Numbered from the stretch's first letter, positions 8,819 to 19,147 are shown. The stretch: 52,954 nt of DNA from Synechococcus sp. (GCA_051439425.1 JBFRWD010000092.1:1-52954); one strand, 5' to 3'. Numbers and translations: made by a program. Notes: generated from the letters alone by a model not told the origin.

Positions 8819-10210
8819 TTGACAGCTCAGTTGACCCGCCCCACTATCCCCGACGTCGTTGCTCGGCAACGGACTTTTTTTGCCACCGGCCAGACCCAAC
8901 CACTAGAGTTTCGGCTCCAGCAATTACAGCGACTCAAGCAGGCGATTATCGATCGCCAGGACGACATTCTGGCAGCTGCAAAAGCCGATCTGGGTCGCCC
9001 TGCCTTTGAAGCGTATTTCGAGATTGCCACGTTGGCGGAGGTGAATACGGCCCTCAAACAGCTGCGGCGTTGGATGAAACCCGAGACAGTGAAAGTTGGC
9101 ATCGATCAATTTCCGGGGACGGCGTGGAGGCAGCCGGAACCGCTGGGTATAGTCCTGATCATCGGTCCTTGGAATTATCCGTTTCAGTTGATGATGTCGC
9201 CGTTGGTGGGGGCAATCGCTGCAGGGAATTGCGCCGTATTGAAGCCCTCGGAGCACGCTCCGCACACCTCCAAGGTGGTGGCCGATATTGTGGTGGCAGC
9301 ATTCGACCCCGATTACGTAGCGGTGTTCGAAGGGGAAGTGGACACGAGTCAGCAGCTACTGAACGAGAAATTCGACCATATTTTCTTCACGGGCGGAACT
9401 GAAGTGGGGCGCATCATTATGCAGGCGGCGGCGAAAACGCTGACCCCCGTGACCCTGGAGTTGGGGGGAAAGAGCCCTTGCATTGTGGATGCGGACGTCA
9501 AATTGGATGTTGCTGCCCGCCGCATTGCCTGGGGCAAATTTATTAATGCTGGCCAGACCTGCATTGCCCCCGACTATATCTTGGTCGATCGCCGCATCAA
9601 GGATGATTTAATCGACCAACTGCGGGCGACGATTGCTGAATTCTTTGGAAATACTCCCGAACAGAGTTCGGATTTCGGGCGGATTATCCACGAGCGTCAT
9701 TTTGACCGCCTGGTGACGTTTCTCGGTCATGGAGATGTGGCGATTGGTGGGGAGAGCAGCCGCGAGCGGCGCTACATTGCTCCGACCGTTTTGGAGAATG
9801 TCACCTGGGATGATGGTGTCATGCAGGAAGAGATCTTTGGCCCCATCCTGCCGGTGCTGACTTACGACTCTTTGGATGAGGCGATCGCCAAAATTAACGA
9901 GCGTCCTAAGCCGCTGGCACTCTACGTGTTCTCCAGTCGTTCGGAGGTTCAAGAGCGTGTGCTGAGTTCGACATCATCCGGTGGTGCCTGCATCAACGAT
10001 ACGGTTATGCATGTTGGAGTCGATACCCTGCCTTTTGGAGGAGTGGGTGATAGTGGCATTGGTGCCTACCACGGCAAATTCACGTTCGATACGTTTTCCC
10101 ATTACAGATCGGTACTTAAGAAAGGGTTGTGGCTCGATCTGAAGTGGCGCTATGCCCCGTACACCGAGGCTGGTTTGAAGCAGATTCGCAAGCTGGTGAC
10201 TGGAGCTTAG
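8819..10210 (+). CDS. NAD(P)-dependent aldehyde dehydrogenase (ALDH3/fatty aldehyde type)
   Basis: IGPWNYP, LKPSE, FFTGG, LELGGKSP, NAGQTCIAPDY, EEIFGP and PFGGVGDSG motifs; TTG start at 8819 preceded by AGGAG. Confidence 0.95.
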   Translation: MTAQLTRPTIPDVVARQRTFFATGQTQPLEFRLQQLQRLKQAIIDRQDDILAAAKADLGRPAFEAYFEIATLAEVNTALKQLRRWMKPETVKVGIDQFPGTAWRQPEPLGIVLIIGPWNYPFQLMMSPLVGAIAAGNCAVLKPSEHAPHTSKVVADIVVAAFDPDYVAVFEGEVDTSQQLLNEKFDHIFFTGGTEVGRIIMQAAAKTLTPVTLELGGKSPCIVDADVKLDVAARRIAWGKFINAGQTCIAPDYILVDRRIKDDLIDQLRATIAEFFGNTPEQSSDFGRIIHERHFDRLVTFLGHGDVAIGGESSRERRYIAPTVLENVTWDDGVMQEEIFGPILPVLTYDSLDEAIAKINERPKPLALYVFSSRSEVQERVLSSTSSGGACINDTVMHVGVDTLPFGGVGDSGIGAYHGKFTFDTFSHYRSVLKKGLWLDLKWRYAPYTEAGLKQIRKLVTGA

Positions 10211-10319
10211 AGAAGCGCTCTCAACCGCTTCATTGCACCGGAGCGATCGCAATTGATTCATGCTGACTCGCCAGCACACCGGTTGCGCACGCGATACAGT
10301 TGCGAGTTAACGGTACTAA

Positions 10320-11090
10320 ATGGGTGAGTTTGTCTCTGTTGTGCCTTTCAAGCCTTACCATTCCATCCCGATCTCCGAGTGCAACGAGTCTTTGCAAGAG
10401 CTGCCCCCCTGCTTTTTAACGCTGCAGCCCCATCCCTACGTTGCCGTTGGGGCCGATTATGCTGGCACGTCTCCCTTTGTCTTGCGGCAAACAATTGTCG
10501 CCAAGCTGAACGCTGCTCAGCAACTGATTCGGCAGCAAAAACCGGGCTGGACACTGTTGGTGTTCGACGCCTTTCGACCCATCACCGTGCAGCGTTACAT
10601 GGTGGATTACACCTATCGCCAGCTCTTGAGCGATCGCAATCTTCAACCCGAGACAGTAACGCCACAACAGCGTAAAGCCGTGATGGAAGAGGTTCTGAAA
10701 TTTTGGGCGCTTCCCAGTGACGATCCGGCAACTCCGCCACCGCACAGTACTGGAGCAGCAATCGATCTGACGCTGGCCGATGAGCAAGGGAACGAGATTA
10801 ATATGGGGTCGCCGATTGACGAGATTTCGGAGCGTTCGTACCCCTATCATTTCCAAGGGAGTCGCATGCCTGAGGAGCAACAGTTTCATGACCATCGCAG
10901 CATTCTCTTTGGTGCAATGGAATCGGCAGGCTTTATTGGACACCCCAACGAATGGTGGCATTTTTCATATGGCGATCAAATCTGGGCCTGGCAACTAGGC
11001 GAGCGATTTGGGGAGACGAAAGACGCAATTTATGGAGCTGTTGCTATAAACACGCAAGAACATACGGCTGAGCTGGAGGCAAGTTTATGA
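10320..11090 (+). CDS. D-alanyl-D-alanine dipeptidase (M15/VanX-DdpX family)
   Basis: FDAFRP, PPPHSTGAAIDLTL (HxxxxAxD) and NEWWHFSYG zinc-peptidase motifs. Confidence 0.9.
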   Translation: MGEFVSVVPFKPYHSIPISECNESLQELPPCFLTLQPHPYVAVGADYAGTSPFVLRQTIVAKLNAAQQLIRQQKPGWTLLVFDAFRPITVQRYMVDYTYRQLLSDRNLQPETVTPQQRKAVMEEVLKFWALPSDDPATPPPHSTGAAIDLTLADEQGNEINMGSPIDEISERSYPYHFQGSRMPEEQQFHDHRSILFGAMESAGFIGHPNEWWHFSYGDQIWAWQLGERFGETKDAIYGAVAINTQEHTAELEASL

Positions 11091-11641
11091 CAGTAACGAC
11101 TGCTAGCGAACAAACCGTATGGTCAGGTTCTCCGTCTCAAATCCTGAATCTTGCTCTAGGGTTGCGATCGTTGCTCGTATTGGCGGGACTCATCGCGGTG
11201 TTCTTCGCGCGAAACTCAATTCTGGGTTTTGTTGGTGGCTTTGTTGATATCGAATCCGTTTCCATACCGATTGACAGTATTCTGCTAGCTATTGTCGGGG
11301 GTGTAGCTGCAATACAGGTAGTCAAGCTAGCTTGGGCCTGGTTTGCGGTCAGCAGTACAGTCTATACCCTGACCAAAGAACGATTCATCGTACAACAAGG
11401 TGTCATCAACCGGCGCACCGACACGTTAGAGCTTTACCGCGTCACCGACGTCACGGTGATAGAGCCTTTACTAATTCGTTTAGCTGGGGCCGGAGATGTC
11501 ATATTAATGTCTGACGATCGCACGACTCCTGCTGTACGAGTTAGAGCCGTCCATCAGCCCGTGCAGGTAATGGCCTTAATTCGCAAATACTCGGAAGCGA
11601 TTCGGCAAGAACGACGGTTGCTGCTAGTTGACAATCAATAA
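11087..11641 (+). CDS. Membrane protein with a bacterial PH domain (bPH_2/YdbS-like)
   Basis: VWSGSPSQ N-terminus, two TM helices, then YTLTKERF..GVINRRTDTLELYRVTDV and SDDRTTP; 4-bp overlap with the upstream gene. Confidence 0.8.
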   Translation: MTVTTASEQTVWSGSPSQILNLALGLRSLLVLAGLIAVFFARNSILGFVGGFVDIESVSIPIDSILLAIVGGVAAIQVVKLAWAWFAVSSTVYTLTKERFIVQQGVINRRTDTLELYRVTDVTVIEPLLIRLAGAGDVILMSDDRTTPAVRVRAVHQPVQVMALIRKYSEAIRQERRLLLVDNQ

Positions 11642-11969
11642 TCGTAATCTAGCGATTTGTCGGGTCTGCTCTGCGAGTCATCTGACAGAACACTAGGCAT
11701 TAAAGGGCGGCAAACAATCCTTGCTAAGTGGCTATGTTTGCCTTCTTATAAAATCTTTACACAGGCCATGACTAGCGCGACAAACAGAATATTTGTTTCA
11801 CACAAGGATCCCAACAGGGTTAATTTGGCACTCCTTGCGGTGGGTTACGAATTGTCTATCGGTATTTCTTCGGGATGATTGCCACCTTTTCGAGAAAATA
11901 AATCCAACAAAAATATACTGAGGCATACTGAGATGACAGCCTTCAGTTTGCTATCAGGGGTTAGGTTCG

Positions 11970-12764
11970 TTGGATCTAGAAGCAAAACAAAGGATAACCG
12001 GCTTCTTCATAGAGGAGGCCCGTGTTTGCTTGCAAACTCTGGAGCAAGGATTACCCGTCTTGCCCGAGCGAGCTGCCGATGGTGAACTGATTGACGAGCT
12101 GTGCCGTGCTGCTCACTCCATTAAAGGAGGAGCCTTGATGTTAGAGATTAGCAGCGTAGGACTCACGGCCCACCGAATGGAAGACACCCTCAAGGTCTTT
12201 CGATCACGCAAAATTCCCTGCGATCGCGATCTCCAATCTTTACTACTGCGGTGCCAAGAGACACTGACCTATTTGATTGATGAGATGCAATCGCCTGTTG
12301 GGCTCTCCTCAGAAAATGCCAGTCAAGCGATGGCGGCGATTGAGCCAGCGATCCACCAGTTAGAGTTTCAGACAAAGGTTTTGCGGGGCGAGATTTCTGC
12401 CAAAGCCCCAACTCCTCCCGCAAGAACGGAGGCCGCTTCTCCAGATTTAACTTCATCTCAGCCTCAGCCCCATCACCTGACAGCAGGTGCTGTTGCTAGC
12501 TCGACTGTCCCATCATCCCGAACCGATCGCTCGGTTGATGTTGGCGCGCCCTCACCACGGCTTGCTCCATCAACAGCGAGTCTCCAATCTGCTAACCAGC
12601 CAGAACTGGAGCAGCTTACAGAGAGAACGAGTTCTACTCAGAGCCGTCCTTCACAACAGTCCTACATCCGGGCCATACGCCGATTGGTCGTGGCCATATT
12701 TCAGTACGTCAAGTACCTGGGCAGGCGGATTTTCGGCATCTTGAAAGGCATCATCAGCAAGTAG
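11970..12764 (+). CDS. Stand-alone Hpt (histidine phosphotransfer) domain protein
   Basis: FFIEEAR..LQTLEQGL, ELCRAAHSIKGGALML and AHRMED resemble the CheA P1 domain; followed by a P/S/T-rich linker and a basic amphipathic tail. Confidence 0.82.
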   Translation: MDLEAKQRITGFFIEEARVCLQTLEQGLPVLPERAADGELIDELCRAAHSIKGGALMLEISSVGLTAHRMEDTLKVFRSRKIPCDRDLQSLLLRCQETLTYLIDEMQSPVGLSSENASQAMAAIEPAIHQLEFQTKVLRGEISAKAPTPPARTEAASPDLTSSQPQPHHLTAGAVASSTVPSSRTDRSVDVGAPSPRLAPSTASLQSANQPELEQLTERTSSTQSRPSQQSYIRAIRRLVVAIFQYVKYLGRRIFGILKGIISK

Positions 12765-12943
12765 CGGATATTGCCAGCTGAATCTCCACAGGAAACGATG
12801 CGGTGCTGGCCGACGAGTACGGACTCCCGAGATGTTCGTACTTCTCCCGATGCTGGAGGGGTAGTTGAGCTACGCTAGCTCCTGGCGGGTAGCGACAATA
12901 GAGTCTGTGCCTTCGCCACAACCCTTCCATCCACCTTCCTTCC

Positions 12944-15457
12944 ATGACTGTTTCCCCTAGCCACTCCAGCTCGGTTCAATACCAGTCGCCCCATCAACGG
13001 CAACGTCCAGAGCTGCTGGCCCCAGCGGGAGATTGGGACTGTGCCAAAGCTGCTGTGGAGAATGGTGCGGATGCCATCTATTTTGGACTGGATAAATTTA
13101 ATGCCCGTATGCGGGCGCACAACTTCACCGAGAGGGATTTGGGCGATCTGATTCCTTGGTTACATCAACGAGGGGTCAAAGCCTACGTCACGTTCAATAC
13201 CCTGACATTTGCAAACGAGCTTGCTCAAGCCGAACAATACCTGCGGGCCATCATTGCGGCGGGGGTAGATGCTGCGATCGTTCAGGATGTGGGCATTTGC
13301 AGGTTGATTCGCCATCTGTCCCCAGACTTTCCCATTCACGCCTCCACGCAAATGACTGTCACCAGTGCAGCGGGTGTGGAATTTGCCCGGTCATTAGGTT
13401 GCGATCTGGTGGTGCTGGCCCGCGAATGCTCCCTTAACCAAATCGATAAGATTCAGCAACAGCTTCAAGCCAGAGATGTCCAATTGCCGTTGGAAGTCTT
13501 CGTTCACGGTGCCCTATGCGTGGCCTATTCCGGCCAATGTTTAACGAGCGAAGCCTTGGGAGGACGGTCGGCCAATCGCGGGGAATGTGCTCAAGCCTGC
13601 CGCATGACCTACGAGTTGATTGCGGATGGGAAACCAGTCCCGTTGGGCGATCGCCAATATCTACTCAGCCCTCAAGACCTGTCTTCGCTGTCTGTATTGC
13701 CAGAACTCGTGCAATCGGGAGTTGCCAGCCTCAAAATTGAAGGCCGCCTCAAGACGCCTGAATATGTCGCGAACGTGACGCGGATCTATCGTGAGGCGCT
13801 GGATCGGGCAACGGGTACAACCAACTATGCGGTGCATCATAGCGATCGCTACAGCCTGGAAATGAGCTTCTCTCGGGGACTCTACACCGGCTGGATGAAC
13901 GGTATAGACAATCAGAAGTTGGTTCATGCTCGGTTTGGGAAAAAGCGTGGTGTGTACTTGGGACGAGTCCGCAACATCAAAGGAAAAAAAATCGCCATAC
14001 AGTTAAAAGCCCCCCTGAAAGCAGGGGATGGGGTGGTCTTCGACTGTGGCAAGCCCCAACAGAAGGAAGAAGGAGGACGGGTTTATACAGTTGATGAATC
14101 AAGCAAGCTGGCCTGGATTAGCTTTGGGCGCGATGCGGTTGATTGGCGGCGGGTCCATGTGGGCGATCGCCTATGGAAAACCAGTGACCCCGAGCTAGAC
14201 CGTGCGATTCTCCAGAGTTTTGCGGGAGATACTCCGAAGTTCAGTCGTCCAATTGACTGCGACGTTGTCGGAGCATTGGAGCAACCACTGACAATCGTCG
14301 CTCGCGATCGCATCGGTCACATTGTCACCGTTGAGTCTGAAATGGCGCTAGTGGAGGCACATTCCAAGCCGTTGGATGAAGCCAGGCTACGCAAGCAACT
14401 GGGACGATTGGGAGGAACTCCATTTGAATTGGGGGATTTGAGTATCGTTCTGGATGGCAACGTCATGCTGCCTGTCAGCGAACTGAATCGCATGCGCCGC
14501 AGCCTGGTTGAACAACTGGAAGCACTGAGGGGACAGCCGCATCGCTGGCAACTGCACGAGACAGCCACCTACCAAGATTTATTACCCGTCTCTGAGCCGG
14601 AGGAATCAGAACCGGAGCTAATCGTACTGGCGCGATCGCTCGACCAGCTAGAAATGGCCTGGACTACTGGTATCAAAACCTTGTATTGCGAATTCGAAGA
14701 TCCGCGAACCTATCGCGATGCCGTGCGCATGGTGAAATCCAACCCCACTACTGCCGATCAGACCATTTGGGTCGCTCCCCCTCGCATTGCCAAGCCACTC
14801 GAAAACTGGATTTTGCAGCAAGTGAAAACCAGCAATGCCGATGGCTACTTGGTACGTAATTACGATCATTTGGAGTTTTTCAATGGCGATCGCTGCATTG
14901 GCGATTTCTCTCTCAATGTGGCCAATCCGATCGCAGCTCGGTATTTCATGGACAATTTCCAGCTCGAACGCTTAACGGCCTCCTACGACCTCAACATCGA
15001 TCAGTTAGCCGCCCTCCTCACCACTGCTCCCCCTGCCTGGTTCGAACTCACCATCCACCAGCACATGCCTATGTTCCATATGGAGCACTGCGTATTTTGT
15101 GCTTTTCTCTCGGAGGGCACAGACTTTACTAACTGCGGTCGCCCTTGCGAAACTCACCACGTGAAGCTGCGCGATCGTGTCGGTACCGAGCATGTCTTGC
15201 AAGCAGATGCAGGCTGTCGCAATACGGTGTTTAACGGGACGGCTCAGACCGGGGCCGAATACGTCCACCAACTGCAAGAGCTGGGAGCACGCCAGTTTCG
15301 AATTGAGTTTGTCGATGAAAACAAGGGTGAGGTCCGACAAGCGATCGCCCGATACCAACAACTGCTCAAGGGAGATATCAGCGGAGCACAACTGTGGCGC
15401 GAACTACAATTGCAAAGTCAGCTGGGTGTGACGCGCGGCCCCTTGGATCGCCAATAA
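12944..15457 (+). CDS. U32 family protein with C-terminal DUF3656 (RlhA-like Fe-S hydroxylation protein)
   Basis: PELLAPAG, HASTQMT, EVFVHGALCVAYSGQC, SANRGECAQACR and LKIEGRLK motifs; long 837-aa form. Confidence 0.9.
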   Translation: MTVSPSHSSSVQYQSPHQRQRPELLAPAGDWDCAKAAVENGADAIYFGLDKFNARMRAHNFTERDLGDLIPWLHQRGVKAYVTFNTLTFANELAQAEQYLRAIIAAGVDAAIVQDVGICRLIRHLSPDFPIHASTQMTVTSAAGVEFARSLGCDLVVLARECSLNQIDKIQQQLQARDVQLPLEVFVHGALCVAYSGQCLTSEALGGRSANRGECAQACRMTYELIADGKPVPLGDRQYLLSPQDLSSLSVLPELVQSGVASLKIEGRLKTPEYVANVTRIYREALDRATGTTNYAVHHSDRYSLEMSFSRGLYTGWMNGIDNQKLVHARFGKKRGVYLGRVRNIKGKKIAIQLKAPLKAGDGVVFDCGKPQQKEEGGRVYTVDESSKLAWISFGRDAVDWRRVHVGDRLWKTSDPELDRAILQSFAGDTPKFSRPIDCDVVGALEQPLTIVARDRIGHIVTVESEMALVEAHSKPLDEARLRKQLGRLGGTPFELGDLSIVLDGNVMLPVSELNRMRRSLVEQLEALRGQPHRWQLHETATYQDLLPVSEPEESEPELIVLARSLDQLEMAWTTGIKTLYCEFEDPRTYRDAVRMVKSNPTTADQTIWVAPPRIAKPLENWILQQVKTSNADGYLVRNYDHLEFFNGDRCIGDFSLNVANPIAARYFMDNFQLERLTASYDLNIDQLAALLTTAPPAWFELTIHQHMPMFHMEHCVFCAFLSEGTDFTNCGRPCETHHVKLRDRVGTEHVLQADAGCRNTVFNGTAQTGAEYVHQLQELGARQFRIEFVDENKGEVRQAIARYQQLLKGDISGAQLWRELQLQSQLGVTRGPLDRQ

Positions 15458-15492
15458 GTAGCTCGTCAATCAATTAAATTGCCCATGCGCAA

Positions 15493-16707
15493 CTACTGCG
15501 TGGGCTTTTCCCCCAGTGCCTGCAAAATAGTGGTGACAATTCTGTCCGATGCACCGGGAGTTCCCAACCGTTCTCGACCATTAGCCACGCAAGCCTCCAG
15601 ATACTCGCGATCGCGAACCGTTTTCACAAGGCATTGAGCGGCGTCTTTAAGAATGGCCGGAGTTGCTGCCTCGGTGCCGATGGTTTGAGCGGATAGCCCT
15701 AGCAATCGATCTTGGGCTTCCGCAAAAGCATAGGTAAATTGAGGCCCCTCTCCAGCAATTTGAATCACCGGTTTACCGATGGCTACGGCTTGATCCACCG
15801 CCAACCCCGCCATACCCACCACTAACGTGCAGCCACAGACAATATCGTTGAACGCATCGGAATAGCAGCGAATGACAGCTCGGGGGCGATCGCTCTCTCC
15901 AGGTAATGTCAAAACACCACTTTCGCTATCCAAGTGCCACCCCATTGAATGGGCAATATCTGCCAGACAACTCATGACCCCCGGAACCAGGGCTGCGTAA
16001 AACTGAATGGAGTCGGGGGTCTCTAACTGAAAAACATCATCAACGAGCTGAAGCTGCAACTTGAAATTGCGAATGGCTTCTGGCAAGCGAGACCCCGGTA
16101 AGAGTGCGATCGCCGGAATGTTCGGCTTCTGTTGAATGTCTTTGCCCGTTGGCACTAAATAGTCGAGGGAGGGGATGCCGCCATAGATTGCTTTACCTAA
16201 CCCTTGTTTCTGCAAGCTGACTGCTGTTGGCGGATCGCGGGTAATCACGGTGAGGCAGCGATCGCGGGAGAGAAAGAACCGCAGAAACGGGTCGGGCTTG
16301 AGTTCCCCTTCGTATAGAGCGGACATGGGGGAAATGAACGAAATATATCGGTTTTTGCAGAAGTAAGAGAATGCTTGGCCGACAACATCTCCTGTGGTGA
16401 ACACCAAATCGCAAGAGGGAGCATACCGACGAACTGCCATCAACTGCTTCCACAATGTGGTGAGCAAGCCCGCTTGAATGTCTTTCCACAACAACCAGCG
16501 ATCGACATACGTAAATCCCCCGGATGGCATCGTCTTGGTGGGGCCAATGATGGGAACATCTAAGCGACGATAGGCGTTTCCTTCTCCGACGACCGGCATT
16601 GCTGCAATATCAACTGAGGGCAGCCGTTCTCTCAGCTTGCGAATAATAAACGAAGAGTGATTGTCCTCTCCATGACCGTTGCTGATAAACAGAATGCGAT
16701 ATGTCAT
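15493..16707 (-). CDS. Lipid-A-disaccharide synthase-related protein (GT-B fold, cyanobacterial)
   Basis: ILFISNGHGED, MPVVGEG, MPSGGF, ALLPGSR and GEGPQFTYAFAEAQ motifs. Confidence 0.85.
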   Translation of the reverse strand: MTYRILFISNGHGEDNHSSFIIRKLRERLPSVDIAAMPVVGEGNAYRRLDVPIIGPTKTMPSGGFTYVDRWLLWKDIQAGLLTTLWKQLMAVRRYAPSCDLVFTTGDVVGQAFSYFCKNRYISFISPMSALYEGELKPDPFLRFFLSRDRCLTVITRDPPTAVSLQKQGLGKAIYGGIPSLDYLVPTGKDIQQKPNIPAIALLPGSRLPEAIRNFKLQLQLVDDVFQLETPDSIQFYAALVPGVMSCLADIAHSMGWHLDSESGVLTLPGESDRPRAVIRCYSDAFNDIVCGCTLVVGMAGLAVDQAVAIGKPVIQIAGEGPQFTYAFAEAQDRLLGLSAQTIGTEAATPAILKDAAQCLVKTVRDREYLEACVANGRERLGTPGASDRIVTTILQALGEKPTQ

Positions 16708-16964
16708 GCCGCAATATAACCATCACTGCAGCAATCGCAGTGTCTACCAGACCTCGCGACGCCCTTCAGATTTTACATGGGGAATTGACGGTAAGTAGTC
16801 ACTGAAACAGTTGGTACTTACATATGCAATGCCTGCAGATTCCAAGCGAGGCGCCGTCTATAGGACAGGAATATCTATTATGTCCGGCATGGAGAAACGG
16901 CAGTTTGACAGAGCCATTTGAGCAGGATATTTGCCTCGCAGTACAACGAAGCAATGAGTTGAAG

Positions 16965-17010
16965 TCTCTTGCTCCCATCTCCAATGTGGGAGAAGGCTTG
17001 GGGATGAGGG
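16965..17010. repeat. Degenerate cyanobacterial short palindromic (REP-like) element
   Basis: TCTCTTGCTCCCATCTCCAATGTGGGAGAAGGCTTGGGGATGAGGG resembles the common CCCCTCTCCC-N-GGGAGAGGGG-N-GGGGTGAGGG dispersed repeat pattern. Confidence 0.55.
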
Positions 17011-17077
17011 CTATCGAACTCAGGCAGGAAAAAGACAGGTTGTAAGAGGGCGATCGGGGTACTATAGAAAGGCGTAA

Positions 17078-17151
17078 CGGGATGTAGCGCAGTTTGGTAG
17101 CGCATCTGCTTTGGGAGCAGAGGGTCGCAGGTTCGAATCCTGTCATCCCGA
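17078..17151 (+). tRNA. trnP: tRNA-Pro (anticodon UGG)
   Basis: CGGGATG acceptor stem pairs with CATCCCG; D-arm; TCTGC-TTTGGGA-GCAGA anticodon arm; GGTTCGAATCC T-arm; CCA not encoded. Confidence 0.97.
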
Positions 17152-17164
17152 TTTAAAGTCGATA

Positions 17165-18160
17165 TCACCAACAATCTTGTCGCAGCACCACTTTGCCGAT
17201 CGCTTGTCCTGAGGCCAAATAGTCGTGCGCTTGCTGCACATTTGCAAAGCTAAATAACCGCTCGTCGAGCAATGGCCGTAGTTGACCGGAATCGACCAGC
17301 GCTGCAATTTGGGTCAATATCTCGCCATGACGTTTGCGTCCGACATTGTGTAGCAGTGGCAGCAGCATGAAGATGACATGCAAAGACAGATTTTTGGCGT
17401 GCATCAGACTTAAATTCACCGAAGTGCGAGTGGAAATACAGGACACCACTCCACCTATTGCCGCGGCCTCAAATGATTCGAGTAAATGGGCTCCCCCCAC
17501 CGTGTCAAACACCATGTCAAAGCCTTTCCCTCCGGTGTATTGCTGAACGTAATCGGAGACAGACAGCGATTGATAATCAATTGCTGCATCAGCGCCTAGA
17601 TCCAACGCCAGCTGGGCTTTTTGCGGAGTCGATACCGTTGTAAATACTGTGCAACCGGCCCATTTGGCGAGTTGTATGCCAATATGCCCCACCCCACCCG
17701 TTCCACCGTGAACCAATACAGTTTGATTGGGCGACAGTTTGACTCGATCGATCGTACTTTCCCATGCAGTAATAGAAACTAGGGGAAGGGCCGCCGCTGC
17801 AACGATGTTAATAGAGCTGGGTTTGCGAGCCACCAGCGCCGCATCTGCAAGCATAAATTCCGCCAGTGCTCCACCCGTTCCGTGCACTCCACCTGCACAA
17901 GCGAATACTTCATCTCCCCGACTAAACCCACTGACATTGGGGCCGATTTCTTCCACGTATCCTGCAACATCACCATGCAAGACAGCAGGTAGAGCAGGAG
18001 CAAAGCTTGGACCGTGTCTGCGAATCTTGTAATCCACTGGGTTAACGCTAGTGGCGGCGACTCGAATCAGCAGGTGTCCATCTGGAACGTTGGGGCGGGG
18101 CAGCTCCACCTCTTCGAACGGGTTATTCTCTCCGTACTGACGAAGAACAAACGCTTTCAT
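17165..18160 (-). CDS. MDR-superfamily quinone oxidoreductase / zinc-type alcohol dehydrogenase-like protein
   Basis: ATSVNPVDYKIR, LHGDVAG, VLVHGGTGGVGH, FDTVGG and GKVVL motifs. Confidence 0.9.
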   Translation of the reverse strand: MKAFVLRQYGENNPFEEVELPRPNVPDGHLLIRVAATSVNPVDYKIRRHGPSFAPALPAVLHGDVAGYVEEIGPNVSGFSRGDEVFACAGGVHGTGGALAEFMLADAALVARKPSSINIVAAAALPLVSITAWESTIDRVKLSPNQTVLVHGGTGGVGHIGIQLAKWAGCTVFTTVSTPQKAQLALDLGADAAIDYQSLSVSDYVQQYTGGKGFDMVFDTVGGAHLLESFEAAAIGGVVSCISTRTSVNLSLMHAKNLSLHVIFMLLPLLHNVGRKRHGEILTQIAALVDSGQLRPLLDERLFSFANVQQAHDYLASGQAIGKVVLRQDCW

Positions 18161-18583
18161 AAGGTACGAGAACGCAGATTCGGAACCCAGTATAGTCCTC
18201 GAAGCAATGCCGCGTTACTGTTTCTCTTAGGAAAATCGAACAGAATTAAAGAGTTTACATGACTCTTTCCAATCTAATTAGGCAAGAGACATATCGTCCT
18301 TTCAAAAGGATACATACTATGTCCGGGATGATACTATTTACTGAATTCCGATTGATGATAGCCGACTATCTCGATCAAAAAATATGCTCAGGCATGCAAT
18401 AAAATAAGCACCTATGAATTCAGCACAAACCGCAGCAACAGCAAGCAATAGTGAATCAACCTACACCCTAAACCTTAGGGAAATCGCAGGAGAGATGAAC
18501 AAGGAATGGGGAAGACATAGTTAAGAGTAGAGCGAATAACCCATTCCCGTTGTGGTTCTGGTGAGAAATACAGATTATCGACG

Positions 18584-19147
18584 TTAGGGAGTATCGAGAA
18601 TTTCGGCAGACGTGCGACCATCTAGCTCCAAAGACCAAATGCCAACTCCGGCATCGATGGCTTCTTCCTGAACACCTCGCAAGTACGTCGAACGCCGTTG
18701 GAAATGGGTGTTGCCTGTCACAGTGGCTAAACCATTCCGGACCAGCTCTTCATTCATTTGAGCGCCGTTAATCCACAGATATGCCTGGACGGGAGAAGTT
18801 CCGGCTGGCCCGCGCTGAAACGTATCTCCTTCAAGCCGAATTTGTTCGTGCAAAATGGCTTCTTCAAGGGCAAGTACAGCCAGCTCTTCGATCTCGGGAG
18901 CATAAGCTTCTACATTGCGGATGCCGGCCAGTTCGATCGTGCGCAGGCGAGGTTCTCCCTCTACCTGAACGACCACTTGATTGCCACTCAAAACCTTCAC
19001 AACAGTGGCTGTCGGATAGCGATCGAGAACTTCATTTTCGAATGAGAATGGGTAGTTGGGGACAATGCGAGGCTCACCATACGCCCGAGCAATGGTAGGC
19101 GTTAGCAATCCGACTGTCGCTAAAGCTAAAACGCATCGTTTAAGCAT
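18584..19147 (-). CDS. Secreted thermonuclease (SNase)-fold protein, catalytic residues apparently lost
   Basis: Signal peptide ending IARA; ATVVKVLSGNQV, IELAGI, AYLWINGAQMNEELVRNGLA and A..AGVGIWS match the SNase scaffold; start at 19147 or 19162. Confidence 0.8.
   Translation of the reverse strand: MLKRCVLALATVGLLTPTIARAYGEPRIVPNYPFSFENEVLDRYPTATVVKVLSGNQVVVQVEGEPRLRTIELAGIRNVEAYAPEIEELAVLALEEAILHEQIRLEGDTFQRGPAGTSPVQAYLWINGAQMNEELVRNGLATVTGNTHFQRRSTYLRGVQEEAIDAGVGIWSLELDGRTSAEILDTP

Noticed and set aside
8630..8899. Long N-terminal extensions of the antiporter (to 8899) and ALDH (from 8777) in the ORF track
   Set aside because: They overlap head-to-head and are not protein-like; better starts exist at 8629 and 8819.
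16799..17174. ORFs of 73-115 aa around the tRNA
   Set aside because: Two are antisense to tRNA-Pro (the MTGFEPAT pattern is a tRNA shadow) and the third runs through a palindromic repeat with no recognisable motif.
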